This document shows positions 50,358 through 61,260 of a stretch of 64,000 bases of DNA, in pieces. A program made the position numbers and the translations under genes. How positions within the stretch are numbered: the first letter of the stretch is position 1; the number at the start of each line of letters is the position of its first letter. Below the pieces are notes generated by a model that was given only the letters and a program-made list of their open reading frames with translations, did no database searches and had not been told where the DNA came from. Source of the stretch: Glaucostegus cemiculus (lineage: Eukaryota); contig CDPCPM010000012.1 of assembly GCA_976551045.1 (NCBI GenBank), positions 6,696,001 through 6,760,000 of the forward strand. The letters are read 5' to 3'.

Positions 50358-52714
50358 GTAATAATTAAAATTAATATTTGGGTCTAGTGTTCCACGAGTT
50401 TCATTTTTGAGTTTCCTTTTGTGTCATTTCAGTAAAAGCAGTAGAAAGAAATACTTAGAATTGTTATTCAATGGAGACTAAGATCCATAAGTCTACTCAT
50501 GGTGATGCATTTTCTGTCTGCCTCTCCCTTCATGAGACAGTCTTAACTTATGGCATTTCCTATAGCCTCAAGTGTTACACTGAGGAGCATTTTGTGGTGA
50601 TCCATTGTTCTGAATTGCAGAAATGATTCCATGCATCAATATATTTCCTGCTCTAAAATCAAGTCTGTTTTTATTAAGTTGGCTGAATTTTGAGTTGCAG
50701 GTGCTCTGCAGACATCAAAGGCTTAATTCACTAACTCAGTGAGGAATGTCATTGGAAGAATTGCATAATAGGTGTAGCATCAGTGTAGCGCAATCTTAAA
50801 CATGCACACAATTTGAGCATGGTTTACTGCTAGATTCATAAATTTATTACTTGAGTTCCTCTCATAATGGGGCTCACTGAACTGTAGACATAGTTGAATT
50901 CCCAAGCAAAACTGCAAGTAAATATTTAGTATAAATGCATTATCCATATCCTGGCATACCCATGCTAATATTTTCCACCATAATTCCTTTTTTTTAAGAA
51001 GGCACTCCATTTTTTTTATACCCTACCTTTGTGTGTTGCTGTAGTATACTTTTCAACCTTCTCTCTGCCGCTCACAATTTGTTTCTCCCTACCCCTTGTA
51101 ATACACAGTAATTCTCCACTGACTTCCTGTACTAATTACTTTTTGATGCCTCAAATAAAATAATTTTGCTTAGCCTTTAGGTTATTCTAGACCTTTTCAT
51201 TCAGTCACTGTTATTTTTCTCCATTTTCTCTTGGGGATAGACTTCCTTTCTGCATCCCTTAAATTAATCATTACAATTCTTCATTTTTCTTCAATTTATT
51301 TTCTTGCACTGCCTCCCACTTGTTCCTTTCTGAAAGCTGCTTCATAACCTAAAAGTTTGCTCTCTTAAAGGCTTATACTTCAGCACTGTAGTTTTCATGA
51401 AGAAGATCCTAACTGCAGTGTAAATTAAAATGTCTAATCATCACTGGAATCTGAGTGTTCATCTGCTTCAAGGTTATTAATTATTTCTGGTGTACTGTTA
51501 AATATGAAATCAATTTAAAATCTTCTCTGCATCAGCCTCCATGTTGTGTTTAGAATTATTCCTTCTGTGAAGCTGCACTTCCAGCACTGCCTCTCAGTTG
51601 TCCACTTGAATTCTAGGACATATACAGTATCTCATGATGATCACATTTCCTGAAGCTGCTCATTGCTTGAGCAGCCTACTACTTCTTCACCTTGAGCCAA
51701 GTCATTGGCAGTTTCCATTTGCCACGCTTCATTGTGCAGTGAAATTGGAAAAGCAGAACACTCAGCATTCCCTGTATCTCAAGTTACCAATGAATACACT
51801 TTGAGGTCCCAGTATATGGAACATGGCAAAGCTGACAACCTGTTTATAGCTGTTTATATAGTTTAAAAGGGCCATTATGCTGATATCAGTAACTGAAAGT
51901 TAAGATAAAACCAATTAGTCAAAAGTAGGGGTTGGTAACTTTTTCACTCAAATTTACCTTTTACCAACAGCAACTCAACATTGACGTCCCCGCTCCCACT
52001 TCAACCTTACAAGACTATATTTCTGCTTTCTCCTTTCTCATTCGGAAGAAATTATAGTCTGACTGTTGTTTTCTGGTATCTAAAACCAAGCCTGTTGAGT
52101 GACAATGTCATGTGCAACCAATGGTTTATCACAGTTAGACCTCACTCATAAATGTATGCAGGCTACCACATGAATAATGGCTTCCAAACATCCTTTGTTG
52201 ACTTTAACCCCTCTCCGAAGCTTTTTAATGTTGACACTGCCACCCAAGACTATTCTCTATCTGTAGAGCAAAGAAAAAACCCTCAGACTGAATCATTGCC
52301 AGACTGCAGAGGGTAATTTAAGAATGGTTTTGGCAGAACTCTGGGAACAGTTTGCCCACCAGTCCACTGAGCAAAAGAGATCCTGTCCTTCATCGATGTG
52401 TATGGAGAGATGGATGGGTGTTATGACAGCTCCCTATTAGAATGTAGCCAAACATCACTAAGGTTGCAAACTTCAGTGGTCTGCACCTGTTATTGAAGAG
52501 GGATTTAAGGATTAATGAAGGATATTAATCTCAGTTAAGTATATTATTATATTTTTAAATATTTGATTGTAATTTTGGTGATTCTCTTGATTAAGCATAT
52601 ATTAAGATGTGCATGAAAAATAATATTACAAATTAGGAAATTCTGATTTTGCTCAGTGTGGCCCTTTCAGAAAATGGATGGAAATGTTTATGTCTATATA
52701 GGAGAGTTGATTTG

Positions 52715-52965
52715 ACGTGGAAAGATAGAATTTGCATTTTTATTGAATATTGTGAAAGCTTCAAAACATTCCAAAGAACTTTAAAGGCAATTGGTTGTGT
52801 TTTGAAGCTGCAGCCAATTATGCAGCAAGCACTTTACAGACGTCAAGGAACCGCGCACAGAAAATCCATGACAAATCAGACCATCTGTTTCTGGCAGACT
52901 GCTTGTCCAATAAGGCCTTGCTCCTCTCCCAATACACCCATTGGATCTTTAACATCCTCCTGAGT
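52715..52965 (-). mobile_element. SacSINE1-like DeuSINE 3' half
   Basis: ttgcattttt...caaaacattccaaagaactttaaaggcaat...ttttgaag...tgctcctctcccaatacacccattggatctttaacatcctcctgag (antisense Deu core). Confidence 0.65.
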
Positions 52966-53470
52966 TGAGCAGGGTAGGATGTGGTGGAGTAGGGAGGGGG
53001 TTGTTGGGAGTGAATTTACAATCATTTTCAAAATTAGGACTGAAGATGATGAGATGATGAGGAAATTGATGGTAATGGATGAATACAGAGGGTTGAACAT
53101 GTTCTTAAAGAAAAGATGTAATGAAAGAAAGACAGTCAAATCGAGAAATTGATTTGGAAACTTTGAGAGCAGAAATTAGTCCTGGATAGTAGCAAAGAAC
53201 AAGTAGGATTACCAAGGCCACCTCTTACATGCAGCCTTCTGAAAGCATGGGAATCCCCTGCAATTAAATGTAGTGAAAGAAGTTAGTGAAGTTTACATTA
53301 TTCAGGTTTTCAACCAAAGAAAATACCCAAACTCATGCATTTGGATGTATTTATAAGTTTTGAAAAATATAGATTTTTTGCATGTATCTAATGCATCCCA
53401 ACTTAAAGTTCATGGTTTGCTTGCTCTGCAGAATATGGCAATATTTTATGAAAACGCAACAAGTTTAGAA

Positions 53471-53640
53471 CAGTGACAGTCTAGCGGGTGGGTGTCATGG
53501 ATTTTGCTGGGCGTTTGAGAAGCTGTGGGAGTGCATGGGTCTGTTCTTGCCAGCTTCTGTGGGGTTGCACTGACAGTGGTGGGCGGGTGTTGCGGAATTT
53601 GCCGGGCATTGAGAAGCATGGCGTGCATGGGGCTGTGTTT
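53471..53640. repeat. GC-rich imperfect tandem dimer, ~97-bp period
   Basis: cagtgacagt..gcgggtgggtgtcatggattttgctgggcgtttgagaagctgtgggagtgcatgggtctgt versus cactgacagt..gggcgggtgttgcggaatttgccgggcattgagaagcatggcgtgcatggggctgt. Confidence 0.8.
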
Positions 53641-53929
53641 GTTTAATTTTACACAAAGACAAATGACTGAGTTTTGTCAAAAGTAGTAAATAGCAGACAC
53701 CGTCTTCATTGTATTAAGTGTCTTTTGAAGTAAGTCTTCAGACCATTCCTGTTTTGCAACATGGTTCCATTTTTTGTCATATTTGTTGATGTTATGATGT
53801 AGTGGCCACTTTGACTAACAGCTTACATCAATGGCTAGATGAATCCAATTTGCCAGCAGTGTTTATCAGTTTAGTCTTCTGTCTACAGCCTACTCATCTG
53901 CATGTTGCTTAGCACACACCCTAAGGCAG

Positions 53930-54480
53930 TCGTTCCCTTAAGATTCCTTCATCTGAATAGTTTGCTTCTTTATTAATTGTACCCATCCATCAGATCTTAT
54001 GATCTCCATTCCCTGTATTAATTTAAAGATATAAGCATGTGTGTGTGTGTGTCTGTGTGTGTTTGTGTCTAATGGAGAGATCTGCAAAATAAGCTGATCA
54101 AGTATACCGATGCTGATGGTGAAGACTGAAATTAGGCACCTAGCTCCTCCATTCAATTAATACCTAATCAACCTGACACATGGAATCTGCAGTAGCAACT
54201 CTCACTGTAATGTAATGGGCAAACTCCCATTACAAAATATAAATTAAAGGTACAAATCTAAATCATTCATTCTAATGTTGCAATAATAAATTAGAAAATC
54301 TAATTACAGTTAGTACACTGAGATGGGAATTTAAAATAAGTACAGTAAACTTTGCTCTGCTTTAATGATGCATCAAAGTATAGTACAGCGTCAGTCTTTT
54401 CAACAAAGGTGCCTAGTGCAAGTTTAAATTGTGTGTCCTGTATTTTAATATTTCAGCACTGCCCTCAAAATATCCTCTGC
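53930..54480. promoter_or_regulatory. putative conserved non-coding element
   Basis: Repeat-free apart from a (GT)n; dense TAAT/ATTA sites (ttaatt, ctaatca, caattaa, ctaattac). Conservation not tested. Confidence 0.4.
54038..54068. repeat. (GT)n microsatellite, imperfect
   Basis: tgtgtgtgtgtgtgtctgtgtgtgtttgtgt. Confidence 0.9.
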
Positions 54481-56164
54481 ACTGAGCCTAACATATTTTA
54501 ATCAGTCATCCTGATTTCTTAAGTAAATTAGATTTATTGCATTATATTGGAGAATGTAACTCTGCTTATCAAGTGAAATCTTGCTGATTTTTCAAGGAAG
54601 TAAAATTGAAGATTGAGCTGGCTACACACCTGCCGTTATTTGCTCATGGTCCAGTATCTTTATGACTGATTGCTGATCTCTTCACTCATTTCTGTATAGT
54701 ACCCAGTAATTGCTCACCTTTTCTGTGGGTGTAGAATTTGAGACACGAGGGGCAACTAAAGAGGGAAACAAAACAGAAATCAAATAAGGAGAAAGAAAAA
54801 TAAAATATGCACAATATAGAAAAACTACAGCAAAGAACTGTTAACTATTCTATGTATTGCAATGAGTACATTATAATCATTGAATGTTCAAGATGAGTGT
54901 CAAAGCACATCATTGTGGTCTACATTGACATATAAAGTGACAACTGCTGACCTAATGTCAAATGCACTGCTCTGTAAGTCTCACAATATATCATAAAAAA
55001 ATCAGTGAAATTACCACAAGAATGGGAATCTCAGATTGACACTTGGAGTAAAAATGTGTAATTCAATTAATTGGATGGATATCTATTCAAAACATTAAAT
55101 ATTGCAATTTGAAATTTAAATTGCATTTATTTTGCCATCTAACATGATCAGAAAAACCACAAGGAATATATCAGTCATTTTAATAGGATTTTATGCCAAA
55201 TAAATTCTGCAAATAAGGATATTCAAACATTTATTATAAAATTAATAAAATGGTAGGATTGAACATATTAGAATTTAAGATGTTTTTAGTGTAAGCATCA
55301 CAATGCAGGTTTCCATAGTAAAAAGTTCTACGCACAAAAGAAAGAGATTTTTCTTACAACCTAAAATCCCCATTCTCACCACATCATCAACACTCATTTT
55401 TTTGGATGACAGTAAAGGATGTCAATGCTCATTATCATTTAACTGTCTGCAGTAAATGTAGAATTCTTAAATCCCAGGTGAAAGAATATACTGTTGGAAT
55501 GCTGTATTTGGATTATAATGAACAAAGCATTCAAAACCTGGATCTGATCTAATATATTGCATCTGCATTCTCTTTTGGTTGGTACTTTAGTTCATATTTT
55601 TTTCAACACAATCCACAATGCAATATTCAATGGTGATTTATAGAAGGAGGTAAACCAATAGCTGAGATTATGAGAAAGATTTAAGGATAATAGCTTCCTT
55701 CCATGCGTAGGTGTTTATAGTGGCTATTAAGGTGGCCTCCATTATTGTAATATATATTGTGGAAGTTTGATTGGAGGATAAAGAATTTGCAGTGAACCCA
55801 AATAAAATTATTCATATTTCAAGTGCTGCTTTATTATGTTTAATTAAACTTATTAAAGTCAGCTGGATGAGTTGAATTAAAGGTATTTCAGACTTTAGAA
55901 ATATGTATTATGATAAATAGATTAATAGCTGGTGCCTTTCCATCCATCCAATTAATTGAATTTCACAGTTTTTAAGTAATGCATTGCTATTTATAAAGGC
56001 TATAGAGTAAGTGGTGAGAGAACTTAGCTGTTAATTTTCCTGAAGTTACTACTATATTAAATTAATATATGTATATATGATATAATTCTGTAAATAAATA
56101 CAATGTTTATATGGACATATAACTCTACCATGAAGAGCCTTGGGACTCGTTGCTATGCTAAATA

Positions 56165-56166
<2 letters not shown>

Positions 56167-56197
<31 letters not shown>
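56167..56197. repeat. (AT)n microsatellite
   Basis: About 15 perfect AT units. Confidence 0.95.
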
Positions 56198-56201
<4 letters not shown>

Positions 56202-56664
56202 TATTCACTTTTTAATTGTTGATGAAGGGATTTTTCCAAATGACCTTTGAGACAAACATTTCATCTTGGTTGCCTGTGTAAACCATTCAATACAATAGCA
56301 TACATAATGTGCACTCTGTTTCTGTAATTCATTTCCATTCAAGCATTCATTATAATGTATTTACCCCATGTGACCAAGAAATGAGTAATATTCCTTTATA
56401 TCATATATTTATCAACTTTTTATTTGTACCCTACATGTGTATTATTAAAATATATAAATTAATATATTACATTATTGATGCCATCTTTATTTTTAAAATT
56501 GGTGCTTTGGATGAATTTATAAATTTTAAAAAATGTAGATTATTTTGGAGGTATCTAATCTATGATATTAAATATTGAATTTTATAAAGTGAATGAAATC
56601 TGTAATCTTAAATGGGCAGCATACATCAAAAGCTTATAAATCATGGAAATGTACAATTAATTAT

Positions 56665-57705
56665 AAGAAGTTAAGAATATAAAACACGAGAATAGACTAC
56701 TTGGCCCCTCAAGTATATTTTGCAATTCAATAAGATCATGGCTGATCTTCTACCTCAACATTTTCCTGACCTACCCCTTTATATCACTTGGTTTTTCTAA
56801 TATCCAGAAATCTATTAATCTTTGTTTTGAATCCACAGCGTTCCAGGGTAGAGAATTTCAAAGGTTCACCAGCTTCTTCTCCTTTCAGCTCTAAAAGCCT
56901 ATCCCTAATTTTGAGACTGATCCAGAGTCTTAGACTGCCAAACCTCTTCCATCCAACCTTTAAGTCCTCTATGTATTTTGTATGTCTCAATGAGGTCACG
57001 TTGCATTCCTCTAAACTCTACAGACTTATAGTCCAAGCCATATGGTACATTTTTCTTACAGTAAGGAGACCAAAATGGTACACAACATTGCAGGTGTAAT
57101 CTTCCCAAGACTCTAAATAGTTGTAGTAAGACCTTATTTCTCTTGTCCTCAATCACTCTTGCAATGAAGGATAATGTACATTTTCCTTTCTAATTGCCTT
57201 CTGCATTTGCATGTTTGCTGCCAGTGATGTGTATGCATGGACACCCAGATCCTTTTGTGTAACAGCATTTCCCAATCTCTCACCATTTAAAAAAAAGTCT
57301 AACCTCCCATTTTTTCCATATTGTACTCCACCTGCCATGTTGTTGTCGACTTACTCAGCTTATCTATATTCCCCTGAAGCCTCTTTGCATCCTCATCACT
57401 GCTCACATTCCCACTTATTTTCATGTTGTTTAAAATTTGATATGTTACATTTGGTACCCTCAGCCAAATCATCATAAATTCTAAATGCTGGGGCTGAAGC
57501 AACCATCCCTGCAGTTCCACAGTAGTCACAGCCTGGCAATCTGAGAAGTGTCCATTTACTCCTGCTATTTGTTTCCAACTCTCAGTACATGCTGGTTTAT
57601 TCTCCCCATTCCATGTGCTCTGATCTTGTTCACCAATGTCTCGACAGTCTGTGCGGAACCTCATTGAAAGCCTTCTGAAAGTCAAAATCCACCACATGCA
57701 CCACA
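56665..57705 (-). mobile_element. CR1 LINE (RT to 3' tail)
   Basis: ORFs 56905..57156 (LFRVLGRLHLQCCVPFWSPYCKK), 57153..57338 (FFLNGERLG..QKDLGVH) and 57299..57706 (KRLQGNIDKLS..WQVEYN). Confidence 0.9.
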
Positions 57706-58247
57706 AATTATATTTCTTTTGTTCCTTGTTGGCGCTTCATTTTTTTGTTTTATTTTCTCTATGTGTGTGAAATAATTTTGCTACAGGCTATAATTCACTG
57801 AAGGATTATGGTATCACAAATCATAGTCGTTTATAAACATCAGTAGGACATAATTCTAAATTAGTCTTTATTGGAACAATATTCTTTAACTTTACATTGT
57901 TACTGACAGGATCACCAATGGTGGCAGGACCCCTAATATTGTAATTTTACCTCCCTCAAACTGCCTAAAATATCTTTAAAACCAAAACTGTTTAGGGCTC
58001 TTTTAAATGGAAATGGCTGATCAGATTAGAGTTGGTATTCTCACCCTCTTGCAACTGACTCTGTCACATATGGCACCTGATGAAATTTATTGTTGCATCA
58101 GTCACTCCAGCTAGTTTGGAGATTTGATACAATGAGATAAAGCTTACTGAACTGAAGGGACAAATTTCCAGTCCTAGCAATTACATACAAAAAATTTAAA
58201 AGCTATCCTTAGGAGAAATAGGGTTTAATGAAAGTCCCATTGAACAA

Positions 58248-59074
58248 TGTTACGAAACCAGCAACAAAAAAAGCACACCAAGTCATACTTCAGTGTTAAA
58301 ACTACTTTATTAATAACTACTTCCGATAATATGTAAAATAAGAATAAAAAATTAGTATATTAGTACAAAAAAAATGTTAGAATCGTAAACTGTAACCCCA
58401 AAACTACTCGTGTGTGTGTGGCAAATTCCTAAACTCCAAGTCCAGGAATTAGTTCTTAAAGTTCAGTTCAGTAAGCCGTAAGATGAAACACGAAAAAAGG
58501 CTTCTTCACAAGCACCGTCCACCGAAGACAAAACATAGATATAGAGAGAGCTTAGAGAGGAATCACGAGTCTGAATGTTCCACTTGAAACTCGAATGATA
58601 TTTCAGGGCTTACTCGGTAGTGACTTTCTCACCCGAAAACTCCTGGATTGTGACTGTCCATGCAAATACCTGTGTTCTTATACAGGTTAGCAGCAAAGTG
58701 AATTCTGTCACTTTGTTCCACAATATCTGCCACTCTGAAGAGCATCCAAAATGTGGTTGTCCACGCAAACACCTGTGTCCTTCTACAGGTTACCGACAAA
58801 GTGGACTCCACTGGACTACTCCAGAAATCCATCCGTGGATCGTAGTGACAAACACAGTTACTGTCCTTCATCCATCGACAGAAACAAAACAGGCTGCCGT
58901 CTCTCCTTCCTCTCTTTCTTTGTCTGTTTGTCTCTCTCTCTCTCTCTTTTTCTCTCTTTCTTGTAATGACCTCATCACATTAGTCTTATCTTCTGTTGAC
59001 GTAATACGTTGCACACACACACACAATGTCCCATCTTAAAGGGGTATTTGCCAGTAGTAAGCTACTTCGTAACA
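58248..59074 (-). mobile_element. solo LTR (Gypsy-type), 827 bp
   Basis: Termini TGTTACGAA...TTCGTAACA (9-bp inverted repeat); 4-bp TSD ACAA at 58244-58247 and 59075-59078; minus-strand AATAAA at 58311-58306; many intact CpGs. Confidence 0.9.
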
Positions 59075-59924
59075 ACAACCAAATAAAACAATGTATTGTT
59101 TTAACTTTGATAGAGTGAATTATTTGTTCTTATGTTCAGCAGGACTTGATTTCATCTAATTGCCCTTATGGTAGATATCCGTGGACTAAACTAGATGTTA
59201 TCAAAGGTAGAAAATATATAATGAAGCAACCATAATATTGCACTAATGCATTTTGAAAAATATTTTTGAATTTAACACTTAGCTAGTGATATAAAGTTGT
59301 TCCCATTCTTTTAAATGTGCTTAAATCATATCATTACAAGGCATCATAGAACACAAAGGATTTATTGTCAAAAGGCAACAATGAAGCTAATGTCAATCTC
59401 GGTTATTGATATACACAGGTGAATAGCAGTTGTTCATTAAATCCAAAATTCTGGAAGTAGGTGTCCCAGATGTGCTACCATCCATGCAAATAGCATCTAG
59501 TTTACCATTCAAAGGTTTTGCATGGTCTGAAATTCCTATACTTGTATGGTAGCTGCAGACTAAACATGCTTCAGGAGGTTAGGGCTTATCCATTCTTTCT
59601 GGTGTAATAAGTCTTCATTACTGTAAAACAACCTCTCTGGCAATGAAGTATTAAAAATTTTACAAAGGTTAAAATCTCATTCCATCAGCTTTTACTTGCT
59701 TTTGCAGGGTTGTTTTAAAGTCTTTTACTCTGTATCTAACTTTTCTGTCCCTAATTTATTGTGCCTTCTGTACCAGTTCTGAAATTGAGTTCAATATACT
59801 GGCAGACATTTTCTGATTCAAGCTCTGCATACAAGAATTCCTTCACATTCTGAAAAGTTCACTGTTAAAATTAAATTTCCTTTGGCCACTGGCCTTGGCT
59901 ACACCAATACCAGATGAAAAAAAC

Positions 59925-60085
59925 TTTCTCTGTAACTGCAACACTATATTTTGCAATATGTTATTGCTTTTCCCTTGTACTACCTCAAAGTACTTATGTT
60001 TTGAAATGATCTGTATGGATGGTTTGCAAAACTAAGTTTTTCACTGTATTTTGGTACATATGACAATAGTATACCAACACCAACT
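59925..60085 (+). mobile_element. Rex1/Babar 3' UTR fragment
   Basis: tttctctgtaactgcaacact...tactacctca...gatctgtatggat...agtttttcactgtattttggtacatatgacaatag; same family as 39852-40141. Confidence 0.8.
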
Positions 60086-60679
60086 CACAATATGGAATTA
60101 CAAGTTTGAAACCCACAGCAGCTCAGTGACTTTACATCTGATCAGTAGAGGAAATATACTATTAGCATTCTGGTTATATAGTTCCCAGATGCCCTGGTGA
60201 TGTTGCTGCTATTTGGATCACCAATTACAGAAAATTGCAGTGCAATAGGTTATTGAAATTAAATGAATAAGGATATGGCTAACAAACTGAGAGTGCCATT
60301 TGTTTGACAGCTACAGCGTGGTAAAACTCAACATATTCTGTAATGTCTTGAAATCTTACTTTGTGTTTGTTTATGAACTACAATACACAAGATCATAAAA
60401 GCTATTTTGAATTATTTTCTGCTCCTCTACTCTTTTTCCCCCCCCCCCCCACCTCTCCACTCCCCTATTCTGGAACCTAAACACCCAAAGGGAACTCCAT
60501 CAATGGCATCAGTGCTACTTCAGGAGTTGCCAGCAGATGACAGTTCCAGTGCGGGGGGGGTGGGGTTTGTGGGGGTGGGGGGGCATTACTGAACAAGGCA
60601 GCTTTATGAACTGCCAGTCCTGGCCCTACAGGCAACTTGTCTATTGGGGTCAAGCAATTTTCAATGCCACAGGGCCATG

Positions 60680-61260
60680 GGGCTCAAATGGTGACATCAT
60701 ATTGTGAAACTTTCATCAGGTTCTACCAAGGCCAGAGCACAACACAATTTAATTTTAATAGTAAACTTCCCAGAATGCGAGGGAATCTTTTTCAAATGAC
60801 AAATTAGCATTTGTCCATTTAATTAAAGAAATCAAAAGCTGTTAATAATGAACAGAGATTGCTTCATATTATTAATATTTCACATTGTCAGCTCTGCACA
60901 TTGGACTTCTCTGTTGAATTGTAGAAATTTATATAAAAGGTGCAGAAATCTTCAGTTCTTGCAAACAAAGTGTTTTAAAAATGTAAAAGTACATAATAAA
61001 TATTGTATACTTTGAATTAAGCAGCTTGTCAAGCTTCATTAAGAGAGAATACTTGATGATGCATAAATATGAATGCCACTCGGCTGATAAGACTGTGTCA
61101 GTTGCTTAACAATGGTATGGTATAAAGTATAATTAAAAAGCTGCAGTATAAATGTAATGAACTGTGTGTAAACTATGGAGGAGGGGGCGTTATGGCATTA
61201 CATTGTTATACCATTTCATTTCATACCATAAAACTGTAAGTGGAAATTAAATGCTGGCTC
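60680..61260. promoter_or_regulatory. putative conserved non-coding element block
   Basis: Repeat-free; homeodomain (ttaattaa, taatta, cataaa), MEIS (tgtcag), SOX (acaatgg, cattgt) and GATA (tgataa) motifs. Conservation not tested. Confidence 0.4.
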
